A stretch of DNA of 64,000 nucleotides from Gammaproteobacteria bacterium (GTDB lineage Bacteria > Pseudomonadota > Gammaproteobacteria > Magnimaribacterales > D2472): the NCBI GenBank assembly GCA_038141865.1, contig JAYQIX010000006.1, positions 147,314 to 211,313 of the forward strand, written 5' to 3'. Positions 1 to 11,027 of the stretch are shown here, one piece after another (the stretch's first letter is position 1; every line of letters begins with the position of its first letter). Below the pieces are notes generated by a model that was not told the origin of the DNA, searched no databases, and saw only the letters and a program-made list of their open reading frames with translations. A program made the translations under genes and the position numbers.

Positions 1-74
1 TTGGGAGCTCCATAATAGAATTTTAAGACCGGCCAGAGTGACGGTAATTAAGAATTAAAAAATAGAGGTAAATT

Positions 75-1997
75 ATGTCAAAAATTATTGGAATTGATCT
101 AGGAACTACAAATAGTTGTGTTGCTGTAATAGAAGGTCAACAACAGAAAGTTATTGAAAATGCTGAGGGAGGGAGAACAACTCCATCAGTTATTGCATAT
201 ACAGATCAAGACGAAGTTCTTGTTGGAATGCCAGCTAAAAGGCAATCAGTAACGAATCCCGAAAATACTCTATATGCTATTAAAAGGCTTATTGGTAGAA
301 CATTTGATGACAATGTTGTCAAAAAAGATGCCGACATGGTGCCTTATAAAATTATAAAAGCAGACAATGGTGATGCTTGGGTTGAAGCATCTAATAAAAA
401 ATTAGCCCCACCTCAAGTAGCTGCTGAAGTATTAAAAAAAATGAAGAAAACAGCTGAAGATTATCTAGGCCATGATGTAAAAGAAGCTGTGATTACAGTT
501 CCAGCATATTTTAATGATGCACAGAGACAGGCAACAAAAGATGCTGGAAAAATAGCTGGTCTCGATGTTAAAAGAATTATAAACGAACCGACAGCTGCAG
601 CATTAGCTTATGGTTTAGATAAGCATAAGGGTGATTCTACCGTTGCTGTTTATGATCTTGGTGGGGGAACATTTGATATATCAATCATCGAAATATCTGA
701 TGTCGATGGAGAGCACCAGTTTGAGGTACTTTCAACAAATGGAGATACGTTCTTAGGTGGTGAAGATTTTGATCTAAGGCTAATAGATTATTTTGTTGAT
801 CAGTTTAAACAAGAGTCTGGATTTGACTTGAAAAGTGATCCTCTTGCCTTGCAGAGACTTAAAGAAGCTGCTGAAAAAGCGAAAATTGAACTATCATCAT
901 CCGATCAGACTGAAGTTAATCTTCCCTATATTACTGCAGATAGTTCGGGCCCAAAGCATTTTGTCCACAAGATCACTAGAGCAAAATTAGAGTCTTTGGT
1001 TGAAGATTTGGTCGATAAGAGTTTAGAGCCATTAAAATTAGCATTAACAGATGCAAAGATAGAAAAATCTGAAATATCTGAAATTTTGCTAGTTGGTGGA
1101 CAAACTAGGATGCCATTGGTGCAAAAGAAAGTTGCTGAATTTTTTGGCAAAGAAGCAAGAAAAGATTTAAACCCTGATGAGGCTGTAGCTGTAGGAGCTG
1201 CAATTCAAGGCTCTGTTTTATCTGGAGATACTACAGATGTTCTTCTTTTGGATGTGACGCCACTAACTCTTGGAATTGAAACTCTTGGCGGCGTTTCAAC
1301 TCCTCTTATTGAGAAGAATACAACAATTCCAACCCAAAAATCACAGACTTTTTCTACTGCTGAAGATAACCAAACGGCTGTTACAGTGCATGTTATTCAA
1401 GGTGAAAGAACACAAGCATCACAAAATAAATCCCTTGGTCAATTTAACTTAACTGATATACCGCCTGCACAAAGAGGAACACCTCAGATAGAAGTTTCAT
1501 TTGATTTAGACGCTAATGGAATTTTAAATGTATCAGCAAAAGACAAGAATACTGGAAAAGAGCAATCAATTGTTATCAAAGCTTCAAGTGGTTTATCAGA
1601 TGAAGATATTGAGAAAATGGTCAAGGATGCAGAAGCTAATGCCGAAGATGATAAGAAATTTGAAGAATTAGTAAAGACTAAAAATAATGCAGATATGTTG
1701 GTTCATGCTACGAGGAAAACAATTTCAGAATCAGGTGATAAATTGACTGACGAAGAAAAAGACCAGGTAGAAAATGCTGTTAAGTCATTGGAAGAAGCTA
1801 TTAAGAGTGAAAATGTTGAGTCTATTGAAACATCAACAAAAGAACTCAATGATGTTTTAACACCACTTACGCAAAAGCTTTACACGCCAGAAGAAGGCGC
1901 AACTGCATCAGATCCAGAAGGAGATACTTCATCGGATAACGCAGGTGATAATACCGTTGATGCAGAATTTGAAGAAGTTAAAGAAGAAGACAAATAA
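75..1997 (+). CDS. dnaK: Molecular chaperone DnaK (Hsp70)
   Basis: 640-aa ORF with Hsp70 signatures GIDLGTTNS and DLGGGTFD and an acidic C-terminal tail. dnaJ follows 3 nt downstream. Confidence 0.98.
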   Translation: MSKIIGIDLGTTNSCVAVIEGQQQKVIENAEGGRTTPSVIAYTDQDEVLVGMPAKRQSVTNPENTLYAIKRLIGRTFDDNVVKKDADMVPYKIIKADNGDAWVEASNKKLAPPQVAAEVLKKMKKTAEDYLGHDVKEAVITVPAYFNDAQRQATKDAGKIAGLDVKRIINEPTAAALAYGLDKHKGDSTVAVYDLGGGTFDISIIEISDVDGEHQFEVLSTNGDTFLGGEDFDLRLIDYFVDQFKQESGFDLKSDPLALQRLKEAAEKAKIELSSSDQTEVNLPYITADSSGPKHFVHKITRAKLESLVEDLVDKSLEPLKLALTDAKIEKSEISEILLVGGQTRMPLVQKKVAEFFGKEARKDLNPDEAVAVGAAIQGSVLSGDTTDVLLLDVTPLTLGIETLGGVSTPLIEKNTTIPTQKSQTFSTAEDNQTAVTVHVIQGERTQASQNKSLGQFNLTDIPPAQRGTPQIEVSFDLDANGILNVSAKDKNTGKEQSIVIKASSGLSDEDIEKMVKDAEANAEDDKKFEELVKTKNNADMLVHATRKTISESGDKLTDEEKDQVENAVKSLEEAIKSENVESIETSTKELNDVLTPLTQKLYTPEEGATASDPEGDTSSDNAGDNTVDAEFEEVKEEDK

Positions 1998-2000
1998 CTT

Positions 2001-3101
2001 ATGTCTAAACGAGACTACTATGAAGTCTTAGGAGTCTCTAAGGGCGCCTCAGGTCCGGAGTTAAAAAAAGCTTTCAAAAAGAAAGCTATGAAATTTCATC
2101 CTGATAGAAATCCTGATAATCCTGAAGCTGCGGAAAAATTTAAAGAAGCTGCTGAGGCATATGATGTTTTATCAGATTCTCAAAAAAAATCAGCATATGA
2201 TCAATTTGGCCATTCTGGTGTTGATGGAATGGGCGGGGGCGGACCTAATTTTAATGATATAAATGTCGGAGATATTTTTGGTGATATATTTGGAGACGTT
2301 TTTGGAACTAGATCATCTTCTAGAAGACCGCAAAGAGGTCAGGATCTTCAATACAATATTGAATTAACATTAAAAGAAGCAGTCCTAGGGGTTCAAAAGA
2401 AAATTAAAATTCCTTCACATAGAGAATGTCCTGATTGCAATGGAAGTGGAGCAGCAAAAGGTTCCAGTCCAAGCACTTGTTCGAATTGTAATGGTGCTGG
2501 GCAAGTAAGAATGCAGCAAGGTTTTTTTTCGGTTCAACAAACTTGTTCAGTTTGTTCAGGGACCGGACAAGTTATTAAAAATAAATGTGCAACATGTAGC
2601 GGGGTTGGGGCAATAAAAGATAACAAAACATTGTCAGTTAATATTCCATCAGGTGTTGATAATGGAGATAAGGTCAGGTTAAGTGGTGAGGGCGAGTGGA
2701 AAAAAGGTGGTCGTTCAGGAGACTTGTATGTTGCAATAAGAATTGCTGAAAATCCAATTTTTGAAAGAGACGGAAGAGATTTATATATTGATGTTCCTAT
2801 ATCATTTGAAACTTCAATTGTTGGCGGCTCTATAAAAGTCCCAACACTCGAAAACTTTATATCTCTCAAGATTCCTGCCCAGACTCAGACTGGCAAAGTC
2901 TTTAGAATAAGAAATAAAGGTGCATCCGTAGTAAGAGATAGCAGAAGGGGAGATATTTTATGTAGGGTAATAGTTGAAACCCCATCTAGTCTTAATAGAA
3001 AACAACTAAAGCTCCTTAATCAGTTCACATCTAGTCTTGATGAAAATAATTACCCAGGGACAGACTCGTTCAATAAAATTTCATCAAATTTAAATGATTA
3101 A
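2001..3101 (+). CDS. dnaJ: Co-chaperone DnaJ (Hsp40)
   Basis: J-domain HPD motif (KFHPDRNPD), a G/F-rich linker, and four CxxCxGxG zinc-finger repeats (CPDCNGSG, CSNCNGAG, CSVCSGTG, CATCSGVG). Confidence 0.97.
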   Translation: MSKRDYYEVLGVSKGASGPELKKAFKKKAMKFHPDRNPDNPEAAEKFKEAAEAYDVLSDSQKKSAYDQFGHSGVDGMGGGGPNFNDINVGDIFGDIFGDVFGTRSSSRRPQRGQDLQYNIELTLKEAVLGVQKKIKIPSHRECPDCNGSGAAKGSSPSTCSNCNGAGQVRMQQGFFSVQQTCSVCSGTGQVIKNKCATCSGVGAIKDNKTLSVNIPSGVDNGDKVRLSGEGEWKKGGRSGDLYVAIRIAENPIFERDGRDLYIDVPISFETSIVGGSIKVPTLENFISLKIPAQTQTGKVFRIRNKGASVVRDSRRGDILCRVIVETPSSLNRKQLKLLNQFTSSLDENNYPGTDSFNKISSNLND

Positions 3102-3750
3102 CGTCTACTTAAATGGAGCTTCTGGAAGAATGGGGGCCGCTGTTAAAAGTATTATTTCACAAACCAATGATTTTAATTTGCTTGATATGGATTTATCTGA
3201 GAAGCATGACTGTATTATAGATTTCTCCAGACCAGATTCATGTATCAATCTAATACTAGAGCGTAAAAAAAAGAAAATTTTAACTCCAATAATTATTGGA
3301 ACTACCGGATTTAATGAGCAACAACTAAGAGTAATAGATGATGCTGCAAAATTTTCTCCAATTCTTTTATCTTTTAATATGAGCCAAGGTATATCTAATT
3401 TAAAAAAAGGAATTAAGAAAATTATCGAAGATTTAAATAGCTCAACTATATGCACTATAAGTGATTATCACCATGTTAATAAAGTTGATGCACCTTCTGG
3501 CACAGCTATAGAGCTAAAAAATTTGATAGAAGAAATAGATAAAAATAAATTTATTGAGTCAATAGAAATTAAGTCTTTCAGAGAGGGCGATTTCTTTGGT
3601 ATACATGAGGTAGATTTTAAAAGTAACGAAAATCATGTAACTTTAAAACATAAGGCATTATCTAGACTGATATTTGCAGATGGGGCATTACGTGCCGCTA
3701 AGAAAATTATCAATAAAAAACCAGGGTTATATAATTTAGAGTCAATTTAA
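3094..3750 (+). CDS. dapB: 4-hydroxy-tetrahydrodipicolinate reductase DapB (unusually short, 218 aa)
   Basis: N-terminal GASGRMG dinucleotide-binding motif and HHxxKxDAPSGTA signature (YHHVNKVDAPSGTA). The ATG overlaps the dnaJ stop by 8 nt. About 55 aa shorter than E. coli DapB. Confidence 0.88.
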   Translation: MINVYLNGASGRMGAAVKSIISQTNDFNLLDMDLSEKHDCIIDFSRPDSCINLILERKKKKILTPIIIGTTGFNEQQLRVIDDAAKFSPILLSFNMSQGISNLKKGIKKIIEDLNSSTICTISDYHHVNKVDAPSGTAIELKNLIEEIDKNKFIESIEIKSFREGDFFGIHEVDFKSNENHVTLKHKALSRLIFADGALRAAKKIINKKPGLYNLESI

Positions 3751-3897
3751 AATTAAATGATAATTTCCTTTTAAATCAACAACAACTTATATAAAATACT
3801 CAAACTTTAATCACGAAGACCTTACAGAGTTATTGCTTGGGTGCTCAATGAGTTGGCAATACAAAGGTTGGAGAATTTAACCCTAAGGAGAATGAAA

Positions 3898-4824
3898 ATG
3901 AGCGTCGTTTCAATAAAAGACCTGCTTCACGCAGGAGTCCATTTTGGTCACCAAAAAAGATTCTGGAACCCAAAAATGGATAAGTATATTTTTGATACTA
4001 GAAAAAAAATCAGCATTATAGACCTTGAGTTAACGCAAGAACATTTGAGTGCAGCTGCTTCTAAGGTAGAAGACATTTGCTCTAAAGGTAACAAAGTCTT
4101 ATTTGTAGGAACAAAGAGATCTGCAAGTAAAACTATCAAAGAAGAGGCATCTAGGCTTGATTTGCCATATGTAGATAAAAGATGGCTTGGTGGAACTCTT
4201 ACTAATTGGAAAACAATTAGAGGATCAATTAGAAGGTTGCAGGATATCGAAGAAATGATTTCTTCAGGAAGAATTGAAAAGCTAATTAAAAAAGAGGCTG
4301 TTGAGATTCAAAAGGAATATGTAAAACTCCAAGCAAGCGTTGGTGGTATTAAGGATATGAAAGGCCTTCCAGATGCGATTTTTGTCATTGATGTTAAATA
4401 CGAAAAAATTGCAGTATTAGAAGCAAAAAAAATGGGCATCCCAGTAATAGCTCTTGTTGATACCAACTCTAATCCAGATGGAATAGATACTGTTATTCCT
4501 GGAAACGATGATGCTATCAGATCTATTAGATTAATTACTAAGATTATCGCAGATGCCTGTGAGAGAGGTCTCGAATCTTCTAAGGGCTTTGTAGCAAAAT
4601 CTGAATCTAGCACTCCAATAATTCAAAAAGCTAAAAAAGACGAAGCCAAAACTGAAGAAGTTGCTGAGAATATAGAAGAAGCTAAGGAAGAAGCTAAGGA
4701 AGAAGCTAAAGAAGTTGCAGAAACTTCTAGCGACAATGTTGAGGAAACAGAAGTTAAAACTGATGAGGTTGATAGTGATGCAGAATCAATCGAAACTGAA
4801 GAAGAAAATAAAGAGGAAAATTAA
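3898..4824 (+). CDS. rpsB: 30S ribosomal protein S2 with ~60-aa acidic C-terminal extension
   Basis: [27 protein letters not shown] matches the S2 N-terminus. AAGGAG lies 7 nt upstream of the ATG at 3898. The part of the ORF upstream of that ATG is treated as non-coding. Confidence 0.95.
   Translation: MSVVSIKDLLHAGVHFGHQKRFWNPKMDKYIFDTRKKISIIDLELTQEHLSAAASKVEDICSKGNKVLFVGTKRSASKTIKEEASRLDLPYVDKRWLGGTLTNWKTIRGSIRRLQDIEEMISSGRIEKLIKKEAVEIQKEYVKLQASVGGIKDMKGLPDAIFVIDVKYEKIAVLEAKKMGIPVIALVDTNSNPDGIDTVIPGNDDAIRSIRLITKIIADACERGLESSKGFVAKSESSTPIIQKAKKDEAKTEEVAENIEEAKEEAKEEAKEVAETSSDNVEETEVKTDEVDSDAESIETEEENKEEN
4675..4710 (+). repeat. In-frame 12-nt tandem repeat x3 (gaagaagctaag/gaagaagctaag/gaagaagctaaa) encoding (EEAK)3 in the S2 tail
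   Basis: Three adjacent 12-mers read directly from the sequence. Two are identical and the third differs at one base. Confidence 0.9.
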
Positions 4825-4825
4825 C

Positions 4826-5683
4826 ATGGAAATTACAGCAGCTTTAGTAAAGCAACTTAGAGATATGTCTGGTGTTGCTATGATGGATTGTAAGAAAGCT
4901 CTCGTTGAGTGCGAGGGTAATCTTGATAATGCATTAGATTTATTAAGATCAAATAGTGCTTTGAAAGCAGAAAAGAAAGCGTCAAGAGTGGCAGCAGATG
5001 GAGTACTAAAAGCTTATATTGGAGATGAATACTCCACGATCGTAGAAATTAATTCTGAAACTGACTTTGCAGCAAAAGATTCAAAGTTTATTGAATTCAC
5101 TAATGAAGTAGCTGATTTCATAGCATCTAATAAAGTTGAAGATATAACTGTTCTACATGAATCAGAAATTGAATCAAAAAGAAAAGCCTTAGTGCAAGCA
5201 ATTGGTGAAAATATACAAGTAAGAAGGCTAGAGACTTTATCTTATTCAAACGATTTAAATACAGGTTTGTACATTCACTCTGACTCAAAACTTGCTACTG
5301 TTGTTGTTTTAGATGGTGGCAATGAGGACCTTGCAAAGGATATTGCCATGCATGTTGCTGCAACTAATCCAATTTGCTTATCCTCTGATCAAATTGATCA
5401 AGATGTCTTGGAAAGAGAGAAAGCAATTTATCTAACACAAGCTAAAGAATCAGGAAAACCTCAAGAAATAATGGATAAGATGGTAGAAGGTAAATTAAAG
5501 AGATTCTTATCAGAGGTTTCTTTAGTTTCCCAGGCTTTTGTTAAAGATCCTGACACAACTATTGAAGCATTACTCAATAGCAATAATGCAAAAATCCAAT
5601 CCTATTCAAGACTAAAGGTTGGAGAGGGCATAGAAGTAGAGACTAAAAACTTTGCTGATGAGGTTGCAGAACAGTTAAAATAA
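4826..5683 (+). CDS. tsf: Elongation factor Ts
   Basis: [26 protein letters not shown] is a typical EF-Ts N-terminus. The ATG lies 1 nt after the rpsB stop. The longer ORF-track start overlaps the rpsB tail and is rejected. Confidence 0.96.
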   Translation: MEITAALVKQLRDMSGVAMMDCKKALVECEGNLDNALDLLRSNSALKAEKKASRVAADGVLKAYIGDEYSTIVEINSETDFAAKDSKFIEFTNEVADFIASNKVEDITVLHESEIESKRKALVQAIGENIQVRRLETLSYSNDLNTGLYIHSDSKLATVVVLDGGNEDLAKDIAMHVAATNPICLSSDQIDQDVLEREKAIYLTQAKESGKPQEIMDKMVEGKLKRFLSEVSLVSQAFVKDPDTTIEALLNSNNAKIQSYSRLKVGEGIEVETKNFADEVAEQLK

Positions 5684-5687
5684 TTCG

Positions 5688-6401
5688 ATGTCTGAATTAA
5701 TTTATAAAAGAGTTCTCGTGAAATTTAGCGGGGAGTCTGTAGCTGGTCAAGATGAGCATGGTATTGATCCAACTATATTGGATCAAATGGCAAATTCAGT
5801 AAAAACATGTAAAAAACTAGGTGCCCAAATTGGAGTTGTAATCGGCGGTGGCAATTTATTTAGAGGCGAAAAGCTTAATAAAGCTGGAATGGATAGAGTA
5901 GCTGGCGATCATATGGGGATGTTGGCTACAGTCATGAATGGTATAGCTTTTAGAGATGCCTTAGAAAGAGCTGGAATCAAAACAAGAGTAATGTCAGCAA
6001 TTGCTATGCCCGGAATAGTTGAGCACTATGACAGAAGGCTAGCAATCCAATTACTTAATGATGGTTTTGTTGTTATTTTTACCGCAGGAACAGGGAATCC
6101 TTTTTTTACAACTGATACCGCTGGATGTCTTAGAGCAATTGAAACTCAGTCTGAAATAATGCTTAAAGCTACTAGAGTAGATGGTGTTTATGATTCTGAT
6201 CCAGAATTAAATGAAAACGCAGTTTTATTTGATAAATTAACTTTTAATGATGCTATTACTAAAAACTTAAAAGTAATGGATGCTACTGCTCTTACATTAG
6301 CTAGAGACCATCAGTTACCAATGAAGGTTTTTAATGTAAATGCAGATGATGCTCTAAAAAATATCATTTGTGGCGAAAATATAGGTACACTTATATCTTG
6401 A
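5688..6401 (+). CDS. pyrH: UMP kinase
   Basis: 237-aa ORF with [10 protein letters not shown] and GGGNLFRG motifs of the UMP kinase family. It occupies the conserved tsf-pyrH-frr position. Confidence 0.96.
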   Translation: MSELIYKRVLVKFSGESVAGQDEHGIDPTILDQMANSVKTCKKLGAQIGVVIGGGNLFRGEKLNKAGMDRVAGDHMGMLATVMNGIAFRDALERAGIKTRVMSAIAMPGIVEHYDRRLAIQLLNDGFVVIFTAGTGNPFFTTDTAGCLRAIETQSEIMLKATRVDGVYDSDPELNENAVLFDKLTFNDAITKNLKVMDATALTLARDHQLPMKVFNVNADDALKNIICGENIGTLIS

Positions 6402-6402
6402 T

Positions 6403-6957
6403 ATGGATGAATTAATAAATAACACATCTAAGCGAATGGAGAAGTCTCTTAGCTCACTTTCTTCAGCTTTTAATAAAATTAGAACAGGTAGAGCAAATCC
6501 TGCTTTATTAGATGATATTAAAGTTGATTATTATGGCAACCCAACTCCTCTTAATCAGGCCGCTAATATTAGTGTCGAAGAGGGAAGATCGCTAGTAATT
6601 TCTCCTTGGGATAAAAGTTTAATTCCTGAGGTTGAGAAAGCCATTCTTAATTCTAATCTTGGTCTAAATCCAAGCACATCAAGTGATTTGATAAGAGTTA
6701 CTATGCCTGCATTGACTGAGGAAACAAGACAAGATTACATAAAGCAAGCTAGATCAGAGGCTGAGAATGCGAGAATATCAATAAGGAATATTCGAAGAGA
6801 TTCAAATTCATCTGCAAAAGAAGAGCAGAATAATGGAGATATTTCAGAGGATCATCTCAGAAGAATTGAAGACAGAGTTCAAAAAGAGACAGATAAATAT
6901 ATTTCACTTGTTGATGAAGAGTTAAAGGCAAAAGAAGCAGACCTTTTAGAAATATAA
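6403..6957 (+). CDS. frr: Ribosome recycling factor
   Basis: 184 aa, with RTGRANPALLD and a typical RRF C-terminal helix. Synteny supports the call. Confidence 0.96.
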   Translation: MDELINNTSKRMEKSLSSLSSAFNKIRTGRANPALLDDIKVDYYGNPTPLNQAANISVEEGRSLVISPWDKSLIPEVEKAILNSNLGLNPSTSSDLIRVTMPALTEETRQDYIKQARSEAENARISIRNIRRDSNSSAKEEQNNGDISEDHLRRIEDRVQKETDKYISLVDEELKAKEADLLEI

Positions 6958-6965
6958 TAAGCCTT

Positions 6966-7694
6966 ATGGCTAAATCCATAAAACCAAGCCAATCCAACCA
7001 ACTTAAAAATGTAGCTATCATTATGGATGGTAATGGCAGATGGGCAAAATCAAATGCGCTTCAGGTCAGCAAAGGCCATGAAAAAGGAGTTGCAGTTGTA
7101 AAAGATATTGTTGAGGAATCTATAAATCAAAGTATAGATTCTCTTACACTATACGCCTTTAGTTCTGAAAACTGGGGTAGGCCACCACAAGAAATAAATT
7201 CAATTAAAAAACTAATATTAAAAGCTATTGATGAGCAGCTTCCAGATCTAATTGAGCAAAAAGTATCTTTAAGTTTTTTTGGTGAACTGAATAAATTTGG
7301 AAAAAAGATTTTAGAAAGAATAGACTTTGCTCAAAAGTCTACAAAATTTGAAAAATCTAACTTGAGGCTTAACATAGCTCTGGGCTATGGCGGACAGCAA
7401 GATATAGTAAATATAGTTAAAAAAGCTTCAAAAGATATTCAGAACAATGTAATTTCAATAGATGAAATCAATCATGATTATATTCTGAAAAAGTCATTGG
7501 TTCCTGAAAGTGAGATTGATCTATTAATAAGAACAGGTGGGGACAATAGAGTTAGCAATTTCCTTTTATATCAAATAGCTTATTCTGAGATCATGTTTAC
7601 CAATGAATACTGGCCAGATTTTTCAAAACAGAAGTATCAAGAATTAATAAATAAATTTAAAAAAGTGAGTAGACGTTTTGGAAAAAGAATTTAA
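6966..7694 (+). CDS. uppS: Di-trans,poly-cis-undecaprenyl-diphosphate synthase
   Basis: IIMDGNGRWAK and the C-terminal RRFG motif of cis-prenyltransferases. Confidence 0.95.
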   Translation: MAKSIKPSQSNQLKNVAIIMDGNGRWAKSNALQVSKGHEKGVAVVKDIVEESINQSIDSLTLYAFSSENWGRPPQEINSIKKLILKAIDEQLPDLIEQKVSLSFFGELNKFGKKILERIDFAQKSTKFEKSNLRLNIALGYGGQQDIVNIVKKASKDIQNNVISIDEINHDYILKKSLVPESEIDLLIRTGGDNRVSNFLLYQIAYSEIMFTNEYWPDFSKQKYQELINKFKKVSRRFGKRI

Positions 7695-8497
7695 ATCTAA
7701 TTTTTTAACAAGAAGTATTACTGCAATACTTTTAACACTGCCAATTGTTGGAATTATTTATTTTGAAAATATATATATTCTTCTTACGTCTGTCTTTTTG
7801 CTTTTATACGCATCAAATACAGAGTGGCTAAAAAACTCTAATAATCAAATTCTATTTGGTAAAGCGCTATTTCTTATATTGCTTTTTAGTTACCTTTTTG
7901 CCTCATTAAATCTAATTCAATTAACAATATTGATTTCAGTTTTATTTTGGCTGGTCTTTAGTGCATATCTAGTTTTAGGCAAAACCTCCAAACTATCTTT
8001 GGTTAGCTTTGATAATTTTTATATAAGGCTCTTAATCCTCTTATCATTTTGTTCTTGTTCACTCTATTTAATGAAAGTAAGCGATATTTTTGTATTTTCA
8101 AATTTCATTTTATTTTTTATATTAATTATTAATTCAGCAATATCAGATAGTTCTGCATATTTGGTGGGATCTTCAATAGGAAAAACTCCACTATTTCCTG
8201 ATATCAGTCCAAATAAATCTTTAGAAGGTTTCTTAGGTGGTCTTGGCGGGTGTTTTCTTTTTGCTTTTGGTATTTTTTATATATTTGAGACTCCTGCTTC
8301 ATTCATTGCTGTTCTTGTTATAGGATCATTTTTTGCATTTGTAGGAGATTACTTTTTTAGTTTCCTAAAAAAGAAAATCTGGAATAAAGGATACTGGCAA
8401 TATTCTCCCAGGCCATGGAGGTTTATTGGATAGAATTGACTCTCATTTATCATCATTTCCAGTTCTTATTCTTCTGATTATATTGTTGTACTCATGA
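7678..8497 (+). CDS. cdsA: Phosphatidate cytidylyltransferase CdsA, interrupted as assembled by a 1-nt frameshift in an A6 run (8367-8372)
   Basis: Frame 0 ends at 8433 with a non-homologous tail. The +1 frame from 8369 reads [25 protein letters not shown], the CdsA signature, and stops at 8495-8497, overlapping the dxr ATG (tcATGA). The TTG start overlaps the uppS 3' end. Confidence 0.88.
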
Positions 8498-9649
8498 AAA
8501 ATATTTTAATACTAGGGTCCACGGGAAGTGTTGGCGAAAGCACTTTAAGGGTTATTGAAGAGAATAAAGATAGCTTCAGGTTAATAGGCATGTCTTTCCA
8601 TGGAAATTCTGCAAGAGCTATAGAAATTATTGAAAAATACGCACCTGATTTTGTTCACACCAATATAGAAGATTCAAAAAATGCTATCAAAGATATGTCA
8701 GAAACATCGTTTGAAATTCTTTCTGGATCAAGCGACTTAGAGAAACTATTAACTAAAGATAATGTCGATATTATAGTGTCTGCAATCTCAGGGTTTGCTG
8801 GCCTTGAAGCAACAATATTAGCTGCAAAAACAGGTAAAAGAATATTACTTGCAAATAAAGAAAGCATTGTTGTTGCTGGTGATCTGTTAATACCCCTTGC
8901 AAAAAAGCATGAAACTGAAATTATTCCGATAGATAGTGAACATAATGCTATTCATCAGTGTTTATTATCATGCACAGATTCTAATGATATTTCTGAAATT
9001 GTTATTACTGCTTCTGGAGGCCCTTTTCTAAATCATTCACTTGACGAATTGTCATCTGTATCTATAAAACAGGCTCTAGCACATCCTAATTGGTCAATGG
9101 GATCTAAAATATCTATTGACTCGGCGACACTGGTAAACAAGTGTCTAGAGTTAATTGAAGCAAAATATCTTTTTAATTTAGATGAGTCAAAATTTAGTTT
9201 AGTTATTCATCCTCAAAGCATCATTCATTCAATTGTTACTTTTACAGATGGCTCAAGTATTTCTCAAATGAGCAATCCAGATATGAGAGTTCCCATAGCA
9301 AATGCATTATCTTTTAACAGAAAAGTTCCTTTTAAATTTAAACCGTTAGATTTTAGTGGAATGAGACTAGATTTTTTACCTTTTCCTGATGATAGAATTT
9401 TTCTTGAAGAAATGGCAAGAACTGTCTGTAGTGATGGAGGATTGCTTGGAACAATTTTCAATGCTGCCAATGAGGTTGCTGTGGCTTCTTTTTTTAAAAG
9501 AAGAGATAAAGTTTTCTGATATTTATTCGGTTATAAAAAGAACTTTTGATACTAAATCTATGTCAAACAATATAGATCTTGAATCAATTTATGAAATGGA
9601 TAAAGAAACACGCATACAGGCTAAGAAGGTGATAGAATCACTACCTTAA
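8494..9649 (+). CDS. dxr: 1-deoxy-D-xylulose-5-phosphate reductoisomerase Dxr, interrupted as assembled by a 1-nt frameshift in a T7 run (9489-9495)
   Basis: N-terminal ILGSTGSVG is followed by NAANEVAVASF, after which the frame is lost. The 86-aa ORF 9389..9649 continues LKEEIKFSDIYSVI... in the position of the Dxr C-terminal helices. Confidence 0.9.
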
Positions 9650-9661
9650 AATAACTTATTT

Positions 9662-11017
9662 ATGTCAACTTTAATATATATATCTTCTTTCTTGGTGCTT
9701 ATAGGCATCTTGGTAACAATTCACGAATACGGGCATTTCATAGTTGCAAGAATGTGTAAAGTGCATGTTCAAACATTCTCTTTAGGTATGGGGCCAATAA
9801 TTTATAAGAAGAAAGATAGACATGGAACAGAGTTTGCTCTTTCTGCATTGCCATTGGGCGGATACGTATCAATGATTACTAATAAGTTAATAGAGGTAGA
9901 GCCAGAGATAAAAAATGAATTAACACCTGAGCAGTTAAAGAACACTTTTGATTCAAAGCCCAAGTGGCAAAGAGCATCAATTATGTTTGCAGGCCCTCTT
10001 GCTAATTTTATTCTTGCAATATTCGTTTTTAGTATTGTCTTTATGAACACAATCAATCCTAATAATGTTGCGACAGTAAAAACAATTTCCAGTGAAATTG
10101 AATTTCAGTCCTCTAGTGTAATTGTTGAAGGAGATGAAATTATAGGAATTAATTCTCAAGCTATATCTGACCCAAAAGATATTCCTTTAGAGCTTCTTTC
10201 ATATGCTGGATATTCAGGTGAGATTGAAATTACTCTAATGAATAGAGAAAGTGGTAACGAATATAGTTCGTTTATATTTGTAAATGATTTTCTCGGTACC
10301 TCTGAGCTTCAAAAAGACCCAATTTCATCTTTGGGAATTGAATTGGAATATAAGAATCTTCCAATTATTGGAAAAGTTTCAACAGATAGTCCTGCTTATA
10401 ATGCAGGAATTAGAAGTGGTGATTTAATAACAAATATAGATTCAAACAAAATTAATTATATTCAAGACATAAACAATTTGATAAAAGATAAACCTGGAGG
10501 ACTTATAAATCTGACCATTGAAAGAGATGGTAAATCAATTTTTAAACAAATTCAGCTTAGCTCTATAAAAGATACAGAAGGTATGCTAATCGGATCTCTT
10601 GGCGTTCAGTTTGGTTCTTCAAGAGGGTTTCTAAACTCTTTAGCCAAAGGGGCATATGAAACCTACAATCTAAGTCTAAAAACTCTTCAATTTATTGGAA
10701 AAATGCTTACAGGCAATATGGGTGCTGAAAATCTCTCTGGGCCAATCGGTATTGCTCAGATGGCTGGAGATACTGCCAAAGCAGGAGTAATACCATTTTT
10801 ATATTTAATGGCATTATTAAGTATTAGTTTAGGAGTTCTTAATTTATTACCATTGCCAGTTCTTGATGGAGGTCAATTAGTTTTGCTTGCAATTGAGGCT
10901 GTAAGAGGCGAACCACTGCCTGAAAAGGTTGAGGGTTATGTTTTCACTGTAGGGGCAATCATGGTTGGAATGCTTATGATTTTCGCTATTTTTAATGATA
11001 TTTCTAGGTACATTTAA
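9662..11017 (+). CDS. rseP: RIP zinc metalloprotease RseP
   Basis: HEYGHF (HExxH) near the N-terminus, central PDZ-like region, and a C-terminal LNLLPLPVLDGG motif. It holds the conserved position upstream of bamA. Confidence 0.94.
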   Translation: MSTLIYISSFLVLIGILVTIHEYGHFIVARMCKVHVQTFSLGMGPIIYKKKDRHGTEFALSALPLGGYVSMITNKLIEVEPEIKNELTPEQLKNTFDSKPKWQRASIMFAGPLANFILAIFVFSIVFMNTINPNNVATVKTISSEIEFQSSSVIVEGDEIIGINSQAISDPKDIPLELLSYAGYSGEIEITLMNRESGNEYSSFIFVNDFLGTSELQKDPISSLGIELEYKNLPIIGKVSTDSPAYNAGIRSGDLITNIDSNKINYIQDINNLIKDKPGGLINLTIERDGKSIFKQIQLSSIKDTEGMLIGSLGVQFGSSRGFLNSLAKGAYETYNLSLKTLQFIGKMLTGNMGAENLSGPIGIAQMAGDTAKAGVIPFLYLMALLSISLGVLNLLPLPVLDGGQLVLLAIEAVRGEPLPEKVEGYVFTVGAIMVGMLMIFAIFNDISRYI

Positions 11018-11027
11018 AAAGTAAATT

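Noticed and set aside
1-74. Possible sigma-32 heat-shock promoter upstream of dnaK (CTCCATAATA at about 8-17 resembles the CCCCATNTA -10).
   Set aside because: The -35 region would lie outside the window, and the match is partial in AT-rich sequence, so it cannot be supported.
9389-9649. 86-aa ORF listed as a separate gene after dxr. Similar apparent intergenic gaps occur at 16072-16207, 17207-17315 and 57751-57971.
   Set aside because: These are not independent genes or spacers. They are the out-of-frame C-terminal parts of dxr, lpxA, lpxB and truB respectively.
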